The position numbers and the translations under genes are program-made. Positions 26,828 through 36,287 of a stretch of 64,000 nt of DNA are shown here, in pieces. Source of the DNA: a virus; the IMG/VR virus record IMGVR_UViG_3300036985_004568, positions 1 through 64,000 of that record. One strand, 5' to 3'. The notes under the pieces were generated by a model that was not told the origin of the DNA, did no database searches, and was given only the letters and a program-made list of their open reading frames with translations. Numbering within the stretch: the stretch's first letter is position 1; each line of letters opens with the position of its first letter.

Positions 26828-27208
26828 ATGAAGACAAAGGTACAAGTTAAAACCATTGATTCAATTGTATCCGCTCTCCGAAACAAGAATAATGTAACTA
26901 ACCAGGAATATCAGAAAGTTTATAGGCACTGTAAACGGGTATCTGGTAGAGCGTTTGACCATTACGGGATGAATTCCATTGTGTATAATCCTAGTGTTAA
27001 GGAAGACATAATTGAAGATATAGCCACCATATCCTTAGTTAAGGCCATTAAAGGATATAATCCCAATAAAAATGCTAAATTTTTTACTTATTACTTTAAT
27101 AAAGTACGTTCCTACACAAGAGCACATGCAGGAAAGGCCTATCGTAGAAGGAGCCTCCTTAATGCATCGAGTTTAGACGAGTATACTAAAGAAGGTCAGG
27201 ACGATTAA
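26828..27208 (+). CDS. Sigma-70 region-2-like protein lacking region 4
   Basis: EDIATISLVKAIKGYNPNKNAKFFTYYFNKVR resembles region 2.2-2.4 GLLKAIEKYDPxKGxKFSTYA; ORF ends shortly after SSLDE. Confidence 0.7.
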   Translation: MKTKVQVKTIDSIVSALRNKNNVTNQEYQKVYRHCKRVSGRAFDHYGMNSIVYNPSVKEDIIEDIATISLVKAIKGYNPNKNAKFFTYYFNKVRSYTRAHAGKAYRRRSLLNASSLDEYTKEGQDD

Positions 27209-27576
27209 TGCGCCTACTCATATGTGGAGACCGTAACTGGAAAAATAAGGAATTAATCTTAAATGTTATTAGGGCTATAAGACCTAAGCCTAAAGTTGTA
27301 ATATGTGGTGGTGCCAGTGGCGCTGACACTCTTGCAAAAGAAGTGGCTCTAGAGTTGGGGATTCCAGTTAAAGAATTTATGGCAAATTGGGCACAGTTTG
27401 GTAAGGCAGCTGGCCCAATGCGAAATAAACAAATGTTGCAAGAAGGCAAGCCCACGTATGTTATTGCCTTTCATGATGATATAAAGAACTCTAAAGGTAC
27501 GGCTCATATGCTTTACATTTCTAAGTATTATAAAATACGTACAACTTTATATACTACGAGAGGAATTGAAAAATGA
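27208..27576 (+). CDS. SLOG-family YspA/DUF2493 protein
   Basis: LLICGDRNW, GGASGADTLA, GKAAGPMRNKQM, SKGTAHM. Confidence 0.88.
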   Translation: MRLLICGDRNWKNKELILNVIRAIRPKPKVVICGGASGADTLAKEVALELGIPVKEFMANWAQFGKAAGPMRNKQMLQEGKPTYVIAFHDDIKNSKGTAHMLYISKYYKIRTTLYTTRGIEK

Positions 27577-30500
27577 TTAAGAACCTCGGATCCACTTTAG
27601 AGACTTTAAAACCTTTTCTTAGGAAGTACCTACTGGTTAAAGGCACACAGTTTAAGGGTAGGTTGTTCTCCTGTCCTAATAAACAGGCTCATAAAAACCT
27701 GGATATTAAACCAGGTTGTAATTTTCTGGATAAAGAGGAAACTAAATTTTATTGCTATGTTTGCCTCCCCGGGCATGAAGAAGTAAGGACCTCATTAGGG
27801 CTTAAACCTATTAAAGATCTACTTATAGGGGAAAAGGTATATACAAGACTGGGACAAGAGACAACCCTTATTAATAAAGTAAAACATGATCCCCAGTATG
27901 CTATCATAAATTTGCAAACCGGCCTTACTCCTATTGGCCATAGTATGACCCAAAATCATGCGATTCCCATAATTAAACAAGAGCAAGTATATACAATGCC
28001 CTATATTGAATTAATTCCAAATAGGTATAAATTTTCTAGTAGGGCCTTTTATAGAAACCATATTTCTAAATATACTGATGTTTTAAATATCTTTAAAGTG
28101 CCCGCTAAAGATATTAGAGTTGGGGATTATTTATTATATCCAGAAACTAGACATATTACCGATTACTCTAAAATCTATACAGATAGAATAATTAAAAAAT
28201 ATACAAAAGGCCCCATGAATAAACGTATTACAAAAATTCCACTAGAGGACGACATTTTATGGATGTTTGGTCTCTATATTGCAGAGGGTAATACATATAG
28301 AGGAGGGGTAAGGTTTACTTTACATAAAAATGAAACTGCCTATCAAATAAAATTAAAGCAAATTTTTAAAACATATTTTGCTAAAGACTTAGTTGAGCGC
28401 GTTCATAATAATTCTTGGACTGCTACTTGTTCATCTACAGACCTAGAGCTTATTTTTAGAGAATTATTTAATGATTTAGCAGAAAATAAAATATATCCAT
28501 ATTTCTTTAATTATCTCCCTATTGATAAGCGGCATGCCTTATTTTCTGGAATAATGGCTGGGGATGGATCTAAAACAAGAGAATTTATTAAAATAACTAG
28601 TTCTGCCCTGATTGCACAATTATTTGATTTAGGTATATCCTTACATAAAATCCCTAGTTATCAAGAATACCCAGAATATACGGATAACATGGGAATTAGG
28701 CATTTAAAAACTTATAGTCTTTCTTTTATAAGACCCTCACTCAGGGGATTTTTTGAGACTATTGAAGGTGTTACTTATTTATTACAACAAGTAACTAAAA
28801 TTTCCTTATGTGGACAGGAGCCGGTATATGATATAACCGTAAAAGATCAAGATCATTCCTTTGTTGGAAAATTCTTTACTTTTTATAATTGTGGCGCATC
28901 TGGTGATATCGTAGATGCAGTACATCTTTTAGAGGCTAGACCTATAACTGGTTCAGGTTTTCATGATACAATAGAATACTTATGTAAGTTAGTTAAGGTA
29001 CCATTTGAATTGGCTGAAGAGACCCCAGAGTCTAAATTTATGCAAGAGGTAGAGGCCTTCTTGGGTGCTTTAGTGTCCAAAGCCCATACTAATCTTAAAA
29101 ATTTAGTAGTTACTCAGCCCGAACATCCGGCGGTTAAACTATTACAGACTAAGGGATGGTTAAATAGTGTAGACACCTATAAACTTGGATTGATCCAAGC
29201 GGTTAAGGAGAATAAGTCCCAGAAATTGATGGATGTTTGTAACTTTTTAAATTTAGACCTTAATCACTTAGTTAATGGTATTATTATTCCAATTGAGTTT
29301 AAGCATAAGTTAATAGGATTTCAGATCAGAGCCACTGATTTAAATACATTAGGGGGCATGAAGTATAAGACTTATTTATCTACTAGTAAAGGATTGTTTA
29401 ACCTAGATAATATTGATGCCTCCCAACCAGTCTATATAGTAGAAGGGGCCTCATCTGTTATAGTTATGCATAACTTTGGAATAGACAATGTTGTTTCTAC
29501 CTTAGGTAACGGATTAAATGAATCCCACTATGAGGCATTAATTTCTAAGGATGTTAAAGATGTATGTGTATTATATGACAATGATGAAGGTGGAGAGTTA
29601 GGTAGAAAACGGGGTTGTGAGACATTTGTAGGTAAGGGCGAGATCAAACTAAACTTCAAACTATTGTCTAAGGAGAATGACCCGGCCGATTATGTGTTGG
29701 CAGGTAATAAATTAGAAACTTTACCAACATTAACTTTATGGGATTACCTTTTACACAAAGGATATAAAGAGTTGATGTTAAAGTATGTAGCAGCACAGCA
29801 GGATTTAATTGATAAAGAGAAGTTGGTTAATATACTAGCTAAAGAACTAGATGTTCCTAAGAGCATACTCTTGGAAGAAATCCATAAGTATGAAAGCACA
29901 ATAAGTGAAGTTCCCACCATCATGTCTTTAAAAGAGAAGGAAAGTATTATTGAGACTATTAATACTTTCGAAAAATGGGCATGGAGTCGTGGGGAATTAC
30001 TGGGAATAAAATCATTTGATTGCTTTGATAAATGCTTTGATGGATTACAGGAAGGATTGATTTTGGTAGGTGGTGCGCCTAACGTAGGAAAATGCTTAAG
30101 TGGGGAGACTCTTATCCAAACTACTTTAGGGTTAGTTCCGATACAGAACCTATTTAAAGAAAAAAATAAAGTAATAGGTACATTTACTAATCCTACAGAT
30201 AAATTCTCAGTTCCCGGCCCACTTAGTTTAGAGCCAGTAACCAAACTTTATTATACAAAAAGTAAATGTTATAAGGTAATTTTAAATAATGGCCGAGAAA
30301 TTATAGGAACGCCAGAACATCCCCTCTTAACTAATATTGGGGTATTTAAACAGCTTAAAGAACTCACTTTAAAGGACCAACTAATAACTAGTAATGGGGC
30401 AAATATTTGGGGGACTAAAGTTACTTTAAATAAATTTGTGCCTTCCCAACAATTATTGGCTACTGCAACCATAATTCCTAAAATGTATCCAATAGAATTA

Positions 30501-32129
30501 ACCAAAGATTTAGCCTTTTTACTCGGATTATATATAGGAGATGGCGCATGTTTTGCTCCAGATTTTTCTATTACCCAAAAAACACCGTATAATACAACTA
30601 TAAATAAACTGATTAAAAAACTCTTTGGTATTAGGCCCCACACATATAAATTGGAATTGTCGGCAGGTAGGTTAATTCGAACCTATTTTGAGGAAATATT
30701 AGGAGTGCCCTATGTTACAGGTGGGTATAAAGAAGTCCCTTCTTGTATATGGACTGCCCCCAAAGAGGTTGTAGCTGCATTTATAAGTGGTTATTTTGCT
30801 GCCGATGGATATATAAATAAAACTAGAGTCGAGATTAGTTTAACTACAAAATCTTATAAAATGTCCCAACAATTGGCTACACTATTAGATAATTTTGGTG
30901 TAAGAAATTATATTAGGGTAGTAAATAGATGTGCATCTAATACTAAATTAAAAATTAAACGAAACTATTATACAGTTACAGTACGTGGAACCTATGAAGA
31001 TGCTGTACGTTTTAGAAGTGAAGTTTGTAGTAATCGTACGGGAAGATCCGGAAAATTCCATGCTCTAGAAAAATTAACTGGACAGTTTAATAGAAGTTAT
31101 CAGCCACTTAGGACGAATACAGGTATACGGTTTGAGCCTATGGGAATAAAAGAAATAATTTATTTAACAAAAGAACAAGAAGTATATGATATTAGTGTAC
31201 CAACAACGCACCAGTTTATTGCTAATGGCATTGTAAGTCATAATAGCGCGCTTACAACGTCAATAGCCTGTAGAATTATGGAGACCACTCCAAATCCCTA
31301 TATTATCTATTTGAGTATAGACGATTCTGCTATTATAACTACGGCTAGATTTTTAGCTAACTTATCTGGTATTCCTATTAATATTGTTTCAAATCCTAAA
31401 CATCGTATTGTTGAAAATAAGTATTATACGGATGCCGAAAGAAAAGATTTGATGGTGCGTAGAGAAAAGGCCCTAGAGTATATGCGTAAACATGTGACTG
31501 TCTTTAATTTGAAGGATGCGTCTAGTGGATATACTATTGAATATTTAAATACACTCTTTAAATCCCTAGAACCTATTATTAAAGATAAGAAGGTTGTCTT
31601 AATAGTGGATAATCTGCATAAATTACGAAGTCTTAGGGATTTTAAGAGTGATAAGTCTTTGGTGGACTCTGTATGTAGTAATTTAAAGATTCTTTCAGGT
31701 GTGTACAAGTGCCCAGTAATAGCCACTGTTGAACATACAAAGGCATCTATACAATTAGGTGAAGTTGGAGGTTCGGCGATAAAAGAGTCCTCTTCGTTGC
31801 ATTATGATGCTAATTTAATTCTGACTGTTGTGCTAAAGCAGGTGGTTGGTACCTTTAAATTGGTTGATGTAATAGTTAGTAAAAATAAAATGAGTACTTT
31901 TATTGGAGCCCTACCCTTTAGACTATATCCTGATCAAAGTAGAATGGAAGCCTGTGATGGAAATGCCTCTAACTTTGGATTACCCCAGGATGGACCTGTA
32001 TCCCAAGAAGTTAAAACTGAACCTATTACTCAAGGAGAACCTGATGGAAAAATTTCAAGTAATGGAGAAGGAAATCCTATTAATAAAGAACAAGGAACTC
32101 CAGGAGTGGGTACGGAAGAGCCTAAATAA
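27573..32129 (+). CDS. Primase-helicase fusion (CHC2 zinc finger, TOPRIM, DnaB-like) containing two inteins
   Basis: CPxxxxH..CYV|CGASGD, YIVEG, LYDNDEGG, NDPAD, GAPNVGK|S, IVDNLH, YDANL, KNK. Confidence 0.92.
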   Translation: MIKNLGSTLETLKPFLRKYLLVKGTQFKGRLFSCPNKQAHKNLDIKPGCNFLDKEETKFYCYVCLPGHEEVRTSLGLKPIKDLLIGEKVYTRLGQETTLINKVKHDPQYAIINLQTGLTPIGHSMTQNHAIPIIKQEQVYTMPYIELIPNRYKFSSRAFYRNHISKYTDVLNIFKVPAKDIRVGDYLLYPETRHITDYSKIYTDRIIKKYTKGPMNKRITKIPLEDDILWMFGLYIAEGNTYRGGVRFTLHKNETAYQIKLKQIFKTYFAKDLVERVHNNSWTATCSSTDLELIFRELFNDLAENKIYPYFFNYLPIDKRHALFSGIMAGDGSKTREFIKITSSALIAQLFDLGISLHKIPSYQEYPEYTDNMGIRHLKTYSLSFIRPSLRGFFETIEGVTYLLQQVTKISLCGQEPVYDITVKDQDHSFVGKFFTFYNCGASGDIVDAVHLLEARPITGSGFHDTIEYLCKLVKVPFELAEETPESKFMQEVEAFLGALVSKAHTNLKNLVVTQPEHPAVKLLQTKGWLNSVDTYKLGLIQAVKENKSQKLMDVCNFLNLDLNHLVNGIIIPIEFKHKLIGFQIRATDLNTLGGMKYKTYLSTSKGLFNLDNIDASQPVYIVEGASSVIVMHNFGIDNVVSTLGNGLNESHYEALISKDVKDVCVLYDNDEGGELGRKRGCETFVGKGEIKLNFKLLSKENDPADYVLAGNKLETLPTLTLWDYLLHKGYKELMLKYVAAQQDLIDKEKLVNILAKELDVPKSILLEEIHKYESTISEVPTIMSLKEKESIIETINTFEKWAWSRGELLGIKSFDCFDKCFDGLQEGLILVGGAPNVGKCLSGETLIQTTLGLVPIQNLFKEKNKVIGTFTNPTDKFSVPGPLSLEPVTKLYYTKSKCYKVILNNGREIIGTPEHPLLTNIGVFKQLKELTLKDQLITSNGANIWGTKVTLNKFVPSQQLLATATIIPKMYPIELTKDLAFLLGLYIGDGACFAPDFSITQKTPYNTTINKLIKKLFGIRPHTYKLELSAGRLIRTYFEEILGVPYVTGGYKEVPSCIWTAPKEVVAAFISGYFAADGYINKTRVEISLTTKSYKMSQQLATLLDNFGVRNYIRVVNRCASNTKLKIKRNYYTVTVRGTYEDAVRFRSEVCSNRTGRSGKFHALEKLTGQFNRSYQPLRTNTGIRFEPMGIKEIIYLTKEQEVYDISVPTTHQFIANGIVSHNSALTTSIACRIMETTPNPYIIYLSIDDSAIITTARFLANLSGIPINIVSNPKHRIVENKYYTDAERKDLMVRREKALEYMRKHVTVFNLKDASSGYTIEYLNTLFKSLEPIIKDKKVVLIVDNLHKLRSLRDFKSDKSLVDSVCSNLKILSGVYKCPVIATVEHTKASIQLGEVGGSAIKESSSLHYDANLILTVVLKQVVGTFKLVDVIVSKNKMSTFIGALPFRLYPDQSRMEACDGNASNFGLPQDGPVSQEVKTEPITQGEPDGKISSNGEGNPINKEQGTPGVGTEEPK
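27762..28889 (+). mobile_element. Intein 1 with LAGLIDADG endonuclease (376 aa), in the primase zinc finger
   Basis: Starts CLPGHEEVRT; block B TQNH; GLYIAEG and SGIMAGDG; VYDITV; ends FYN followed by Cys+1. Confidence 0.88.
30093..31244 (+). mobile_element. Intein 2 with LAGLIDADG endonuclease (384 aa), in the helicase P-loop
   Basis: GK|CLSGETLI, TPEHP, GLYIGDG, SGYFAADG, VYDISV, GIVSHN|S. Confidence 0.93.
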
Positions 32130-32586
32130 TACTCCCGACTATTTCTTTAAGGGTTGGGCATCCTCCACAGGTAAATACCATCCCGCGTGTACCTGTAAAG
32201 ATGGGGGCCTAGTAGTGCATGTTAAACGCGCTGTTTACATTGCTAATAGGCTATGTGGTGGGTGGGGTTTAGTAGAAGAAAATAGGGATATAGTTCTAGC
32301 TGCAACTATTCTACATGATATAGCTAAAGTTGGGCAGGGATCTGGTCCTTATATAGACTATGTTAATCATCCATTAAATGCTGAGAAGTATTTAATACAA
32401 GACAGCCTTACTCCAGAATTATATACTAAAATTAATAATTGTATACGTCATCATATGGGACTATGGACTCCCGATGGAGTTAAGAAGCCCCTTACAGAGT
32501 ATAGTTTGCTAGAATTGGCAACCTACTCAGCGGACTATATGGCAACTACTAAGGACTTGATTACTCCGGAGGACACACTTGGATAA
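32044..32586 (+). CDS. HD-domain phosphohydrolase (YhaM-like HD domain)
   Basis: ASSTGKYHP, GGLVVH, LHDIAK, HP, HHMG, ADY. Confidence 0.85.
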   Translation: MEKFQVMEKEILLIKNKELQEWVRKSLNNTPDYFFKGWASSTGKYHPACTCKDGGLVVHVKRAVYIANRLCGGWGLVEENRDIVLAATILHDIAKVGQGSGPYIDYVNHPLNAEKYLIQDSLTPELYTKINNCIRHHMGLWTPDGVKKPLTEYSLLELATYSADYMATTKDLITPEDTLG

Positions 32587-33256
32587 ATTAGCCTTAGAGC
32601 AGAGAATTAAGGAACTAGCGCCCTGGTTTCACTATATAGAATTTCCTTATGGTTTAAAGTCCAGAGAGTGCAAGGACCTCAAACATGATGTCTATAACCA
32701 TCCTTTATCCCTAGCAGATAGATTGGAGAAAGTACTTCCAATTAATAGTGTAAAGGATAAATTGATTCTAGATATGGGGTGTAATGGAGGTTACTTTACT
32801 TACCTATATGCTAAAAATGGGGGTAGAGTGGATGCAATGGACCTTAATCGACGTTATGTGGATCAAACTAAATTTGTACGGGAAGTCTTCTCTGAGGAAT
32901 TTAGTACCATGCCAACAGTGTCTATGGCCGATATTGAAACATTAGCAATGCCTCCAGAAACTTACGATATAAGTTTAGGACTAGGTCTTTTATATCACGT
33001 CCCTAATCCCGTCCTTGCCTTACATAATTTCTATAAGGTAACTAAAACGGGAGGACTTTGCATCTTAGAGTCTAATTGCTCTCCTAAAATACCAGAAGGT
33101 ACTGTAGAATTTATGGGAAATATTAAACCATATAGTGCAGTCTGGAGATTTTCTGCACAGACATTAAGAGATATGGTAGAGTATGTCGGATTTAATGTAG
33201 AGGAAAGTATTGTATTTTCTGCCGGTAATAGGATAATCATATACGCCACTAAATGA
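32579..33256 (+). CDS. Class I SAM methyltransferase (DUF1698/CmoB-like)
   Basis: PWFHYIE, ILDMGCNGGYF, GLLYHVPNP, KTGG. Confidence 0.85.
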   Translation: MDKLALEQRIKELAPWFHYIEFPYGLKSRECKDLKHDVYNHPLSLADRLEKVLPINSVKDKLILDMGCNGGYFTYLYAKNGGRVDAMDLNRRYVDQTKFVREVFSEEFSTMPTVSMADIETLAMPPETYDISLGLGLLYHVPNPVLALHNFYKVTKTGGLCILESNCSPKIPEGTVEFMGNIKPYSAVWRFSAQTLRDMVEYVGFNVEESIVFSAGNRIIIYATK

Positions 33257-33513
33257 GTATTAGAAATAATAAATTTAAAGTAGGCCAGATTTGGAAACGG
33301 ACCTTTTCTGATGCAGTCATGTATCAGATTGTATCTTGTAATAAGGGTAAAAATACGTATGCTGACTTTGATCCTATACTATGTAAACGATGTACTATTA
33401 ATTCCATGTTACTACCACCAAAGTGTAATTTAGGATATTGTTGTAGACTACATGTAAATAATACTCATATTAAAAAGTTAACAAAACTTGAAGCATTACT
33501 GGAGAATTTTTAA
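33253..33513 (+). CDS. SH3-like Cys-loop protein, C-terminal tag family
   Basis: FKVGQIW, CKRC; ends KKLTKLEALLENF. Confidence 0.7.
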   Translation: MSIRNNKFKVGQIWKRTFSDAVMYQIVSCNKGKNTYADFDPILCKRCTINSMLLPPKCNLGYCCRLHVNNTHIKKLTKLEALLENF

Positions 33514-35843
33514 TGAAATTTACTTGTACAGATTGTGCATTAAAGAAGGTAGGTTGTGTGACTGGGGAAGGTTTAACTCCGGCACTAATTATGATTGTTT
33601 CAGATAGGCCTACACTGGATGAGGTTAATAATAAGACGGGATTTTCTGGTAAATCTAATGAACAAATAAATTCCTATCTTACTTTGGCTGAAATTCCATT
33701 AGATAAGGTCTATAAGACCTACATAGTTAAGGGATATGTAAAGTCTGGAGCAACAGTTGGTATTGTATCTATTCGTAAGTGTGTACCACATTTAGTCGAA
33801 GAAATTAAATTAGTAAAACCAAAAGTAATAGTACTTCTTGGAGCTACTGCATATAAGGGATTCAAAGGTAAGTCGGGATCTGGAACATACTACTATGATG
33901 AGGAGTTTAGTGCTTGGATAGTCTACAGTTTCCATCCAATGAAGCCAATATATTCTGGGCAAGAGGACGACTTTATGCAGATCGTCTCTCATTTTAAATT
34001 AGCCAAGGAATTAGTAACTCGTAATACTACTCAGACTTTAGCAAAACCAAATGTGGTAGTTGTGCACACCCTGGAAGAATTACAGGCCGTAAAGTCCACA
34101 CTTATGGTAGCCAGTGAATGTGGGATTGACTGTGAAACTACAGGATTAAATCTACAGAAAGATAAATTATTAACTATAGGGTTTGCTACAAAAGAGTTTG
34201 TTATTGGAGTAATCTATAGAAAGGAAATGCAGCAAGATCTTCAGGATATTTTTAATGTACGTAAAATTATTGGGCATAACTTAAAATTTGATATTCAAGT
34301 ATTAAGAAGTAATGGTTTAATCTCTAAGAATGTGGCTGCAGATACAATGCTAGAGCATTATGTGTTAGAACCAATCTCCACAAGTAGGGACCTAGTAAGT
34401 TTGTGTCTTAAGGAGTTTCAAACTACTTTCGAAAAGAACCTAGACTATACCACTCTTTTTGTTAATGGGATAACTTCAGAAATTGAGAACTTACTCGCGG
34501 AACGCGGGGCCCTGGATGCCTATTTATCATTCCTACTCCATGAAAAATTTATTGCTCGTATCCAAGCAGACAAGACTATGAGTAGTTTCTTTTCCAATTG
34601 TGTTATGCCAATTTTAGATTTACTTTGTGAAATAGAGTTTAATGGAATCCATATTGATCAAAATGAGTTGTTCTCTGCTGAAACAGTACTAAACTATGAG
34701 TTGAAGGCTAGGGAGGCGGATATACTAGCTGACCCTGTAGTACAACATTTCGCACAAAAGGAGAATCTAACAGAGATAAATCTTGGCTCACCTAAGCAAA
34801 TGAGTACCTTAATATATAAGTATCTTCACTTTCCAGTACTACGAGAGCAAGGAAGGACAACAGCAAAAGATGTTATAGAGAAGTTAAATGAGACACAAAA
34901 GAATCCTTTTATAACTAAACTCTTAGAGTATAGAAACATGTCCAAGCTACGAGATACTTATATTAAAGGGCTTAAAGAGGCCCTAGATCGTTCTGGTGAA
35001 GATAGGGTACATGTGCAGTATAATCAGACGGTAGTAGTTACTGGACGCTTGAGTTGTTCCGCGCCTAACCTTCAGACTATTCCTAAGGCAGTAGAGAACG
35101 CTAAGACAATTAGAAAGATGTTTGGTGCGCGTTTGGGTTATTCTTTAGTAGAAATGGATTTTAAGCAACTAGAATTTAGAATTTGGGCACATCTTTCCAA
35201 AGATGCAGCAATGTTAAACATGTTAGAGGCTGGAGGGGATATCCATAGAAATATAGCCGCCCTATTAAATGGCGTAGCTGAGCCCCAGGTAACAGATTCC
35301 CAAAGATACCAAGCAAAAGAAATTTGTTTTGGTTTGATTTATGGCATGGGTGTAACCACTATGTCTGATAGAACTGGAATAACGGTAGAAGAGGCAACAC
35401 GTATAAAGAATGACTTCTTCTCAACTTTTCCTGAAGCTACTATATGGATTAAACAGGTACAAGACTTTGGATTAAAGCATAAGTATGTGCTAACTCCTTT
35501 TGGACGTAAAATTCCAATTGTGTATAATCCTAATGATAAAGAACAGATAGCCAGTGCACAACGTCATGCAGTTAACTATCCTATCCAAAGCACCGGTGGA
35601 GACCTTACAAATATTACTGGAGTATATCTAAAGAAACTGATGATTACGGAAGGGATTAATGCTAAAATTGTACTAAACGTCCATGACTCCTTAGTATGGG
35701 AGGTCAAGGACGAGGAAATAGTTAAATTTAAGCCAGTTGCCCTAGAAGCAATTAAAATGATTAGTGATAAGATCAATTTTAGGGCATTTTTACAGGCCTC
35801 TTTTACTCAAGGTAAGAATCTTGGAGAGTTAGTTGAACTTTAA
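33513..35843 (+). CDS. polA: Family A DNA polymerase with N-terminal UDG-like domain and 3'-5' exonuclease
   Basis: UDG-like KPKVIVLLGATA..FHP; exonuclease IDCETTG, HNLKFD; polymerase TGRLS, DFKQLEFR, KEICFGLIYG, VHDS. Confidence 0.95.
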   Translation: MKFTCTDCALKKVGCVTGEGLTPALIMIVSDRPTLDEVNNKTGFSGKSNEQINSYLTLAEIPLDKVYKTYIVKGYVKSGATVGIVSIRKCVPHLVEEIKLVKPKVIVLLGATAYKGFKGKSGSGTYYYDEEFSAWIVYSFHPMKPIYSGQEDDFMQIVSHFKLAKELVTRNTTQTLAKPNVVVVHTLEELQAVKSTLMVASECGIDCETTGLNLQKDKLLTIGFATKEFVIGVIYRKEMQQDLQDIFNVRKIIGHNLKFDIQVLRSNGLISKNVAADTMLEHYVLEPISTSRDLVSLCLKEFQTTFEKNLDYTTLFVNGITSEIENLLAERGALDAYLSFLLHEKFIARIQADKTMSSFFSNCVMPILDLLCEIEFNGIHIDQNELFSAETVLNYELKAREADILADPVVQHFAQKENLTEINLGSPKQMSTLIYKYLHFPVLREQGRTTAKDVIEKLNETQKNPFITKLLEYRNMSKLRDTYIKGLKEALDRSGEDRVHVQYNQTVVVTGRLSCSAPNLQTIPKAVENAKTIRKMFGARLGYSLVEMDFKQLEFRIWAHLSKDAAMLNMLEAGGDIHRNIAALLNGVAEPQVTDSQRYQAKEICFGLIYGMGVTTMSDRTGITVEEATRIKNDFFSTFPEATIWIKQVQDFGLKHKYVLTPFGRKIPIVYNPNDKEQIASAQRHAVNYPIQSTGGDLTNITGVYLKKLMITEGINAKIVLNVHDSLVWEVKDEEIVKFKPVALEAIKMISDKINFRAFLQASFTQGKNLGELVEL

Positions 35844-35853
35844 ATCTAAATCT

Positions 35854-35868
35854 GGTATATAATATATA
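35854..35868 (+). promoter_or_regulatory. Promoter, class 3 motif
   Basis: GGTATATAATATATA upstream of 35883. Confidence 0.8.
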
Positions 35869-35882
35869 GTGAGGGAGTAATA

Positions 35883-36287
35883 ATGGGAAAAACTGTAATA
35901 AGGGCAAATGACTGTGGGGCAACCTTAAAGAAGGTCACTGAACGTTCCGGTAAGAATGGTCCCTACTTAATGTGGGAATTCCAAGATGACGGTGGGGAAC
36001 GTAAGGTTGGTTTCACAGATAGTGAAGTAATCCTAGGCAATAGGACATGGACATGGCTTCATATGTTAGGAATTTCTTTAAATGTTGGAGATACTATAGA
36101 ATTACAGGATTTGCAAGATATAGAATGTTTTATATTTCTGGATGATAAGGGCACTGTGAGAATGGTAACAGAGACCCTAACACCAGAACAAGTAGACAAT
36201 TCAGTAGAGCCTAACAGTGGTGTAATAACGCCAGTGGTTACTCCGGAGCTTCCGGAGAAATCAGAGGCCGAGGGGTTATTCTCCTAA
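35883..36287 (+). CDS. OB-fold-like protein, possible ssDNA-binding protein
   Basis: SGKNGPYLMWEF beta pattern; acidic tail ending GLFS; lies between polymerase and recA. Confidence 0.4.
   Translation: MGKTVIRANDCGATLKKVTERSGKNGPYLMWEFQDDGGERKVGFTDSEVILGNRTWTWLHMLGISLNVGDTIELQDLQDIECFIFLDDKGTVRMVTETLTPEQVDNSVEPNSGVITPVVTPELPEKSEAEGLFS

Noticed and set aside
32044-32586. HD protein as DatZ, implying a Z-base genome
   Set aside because: The motifs fit YhaM-like HD domains and no purZ is present in the window, so the claim cannot be supported.
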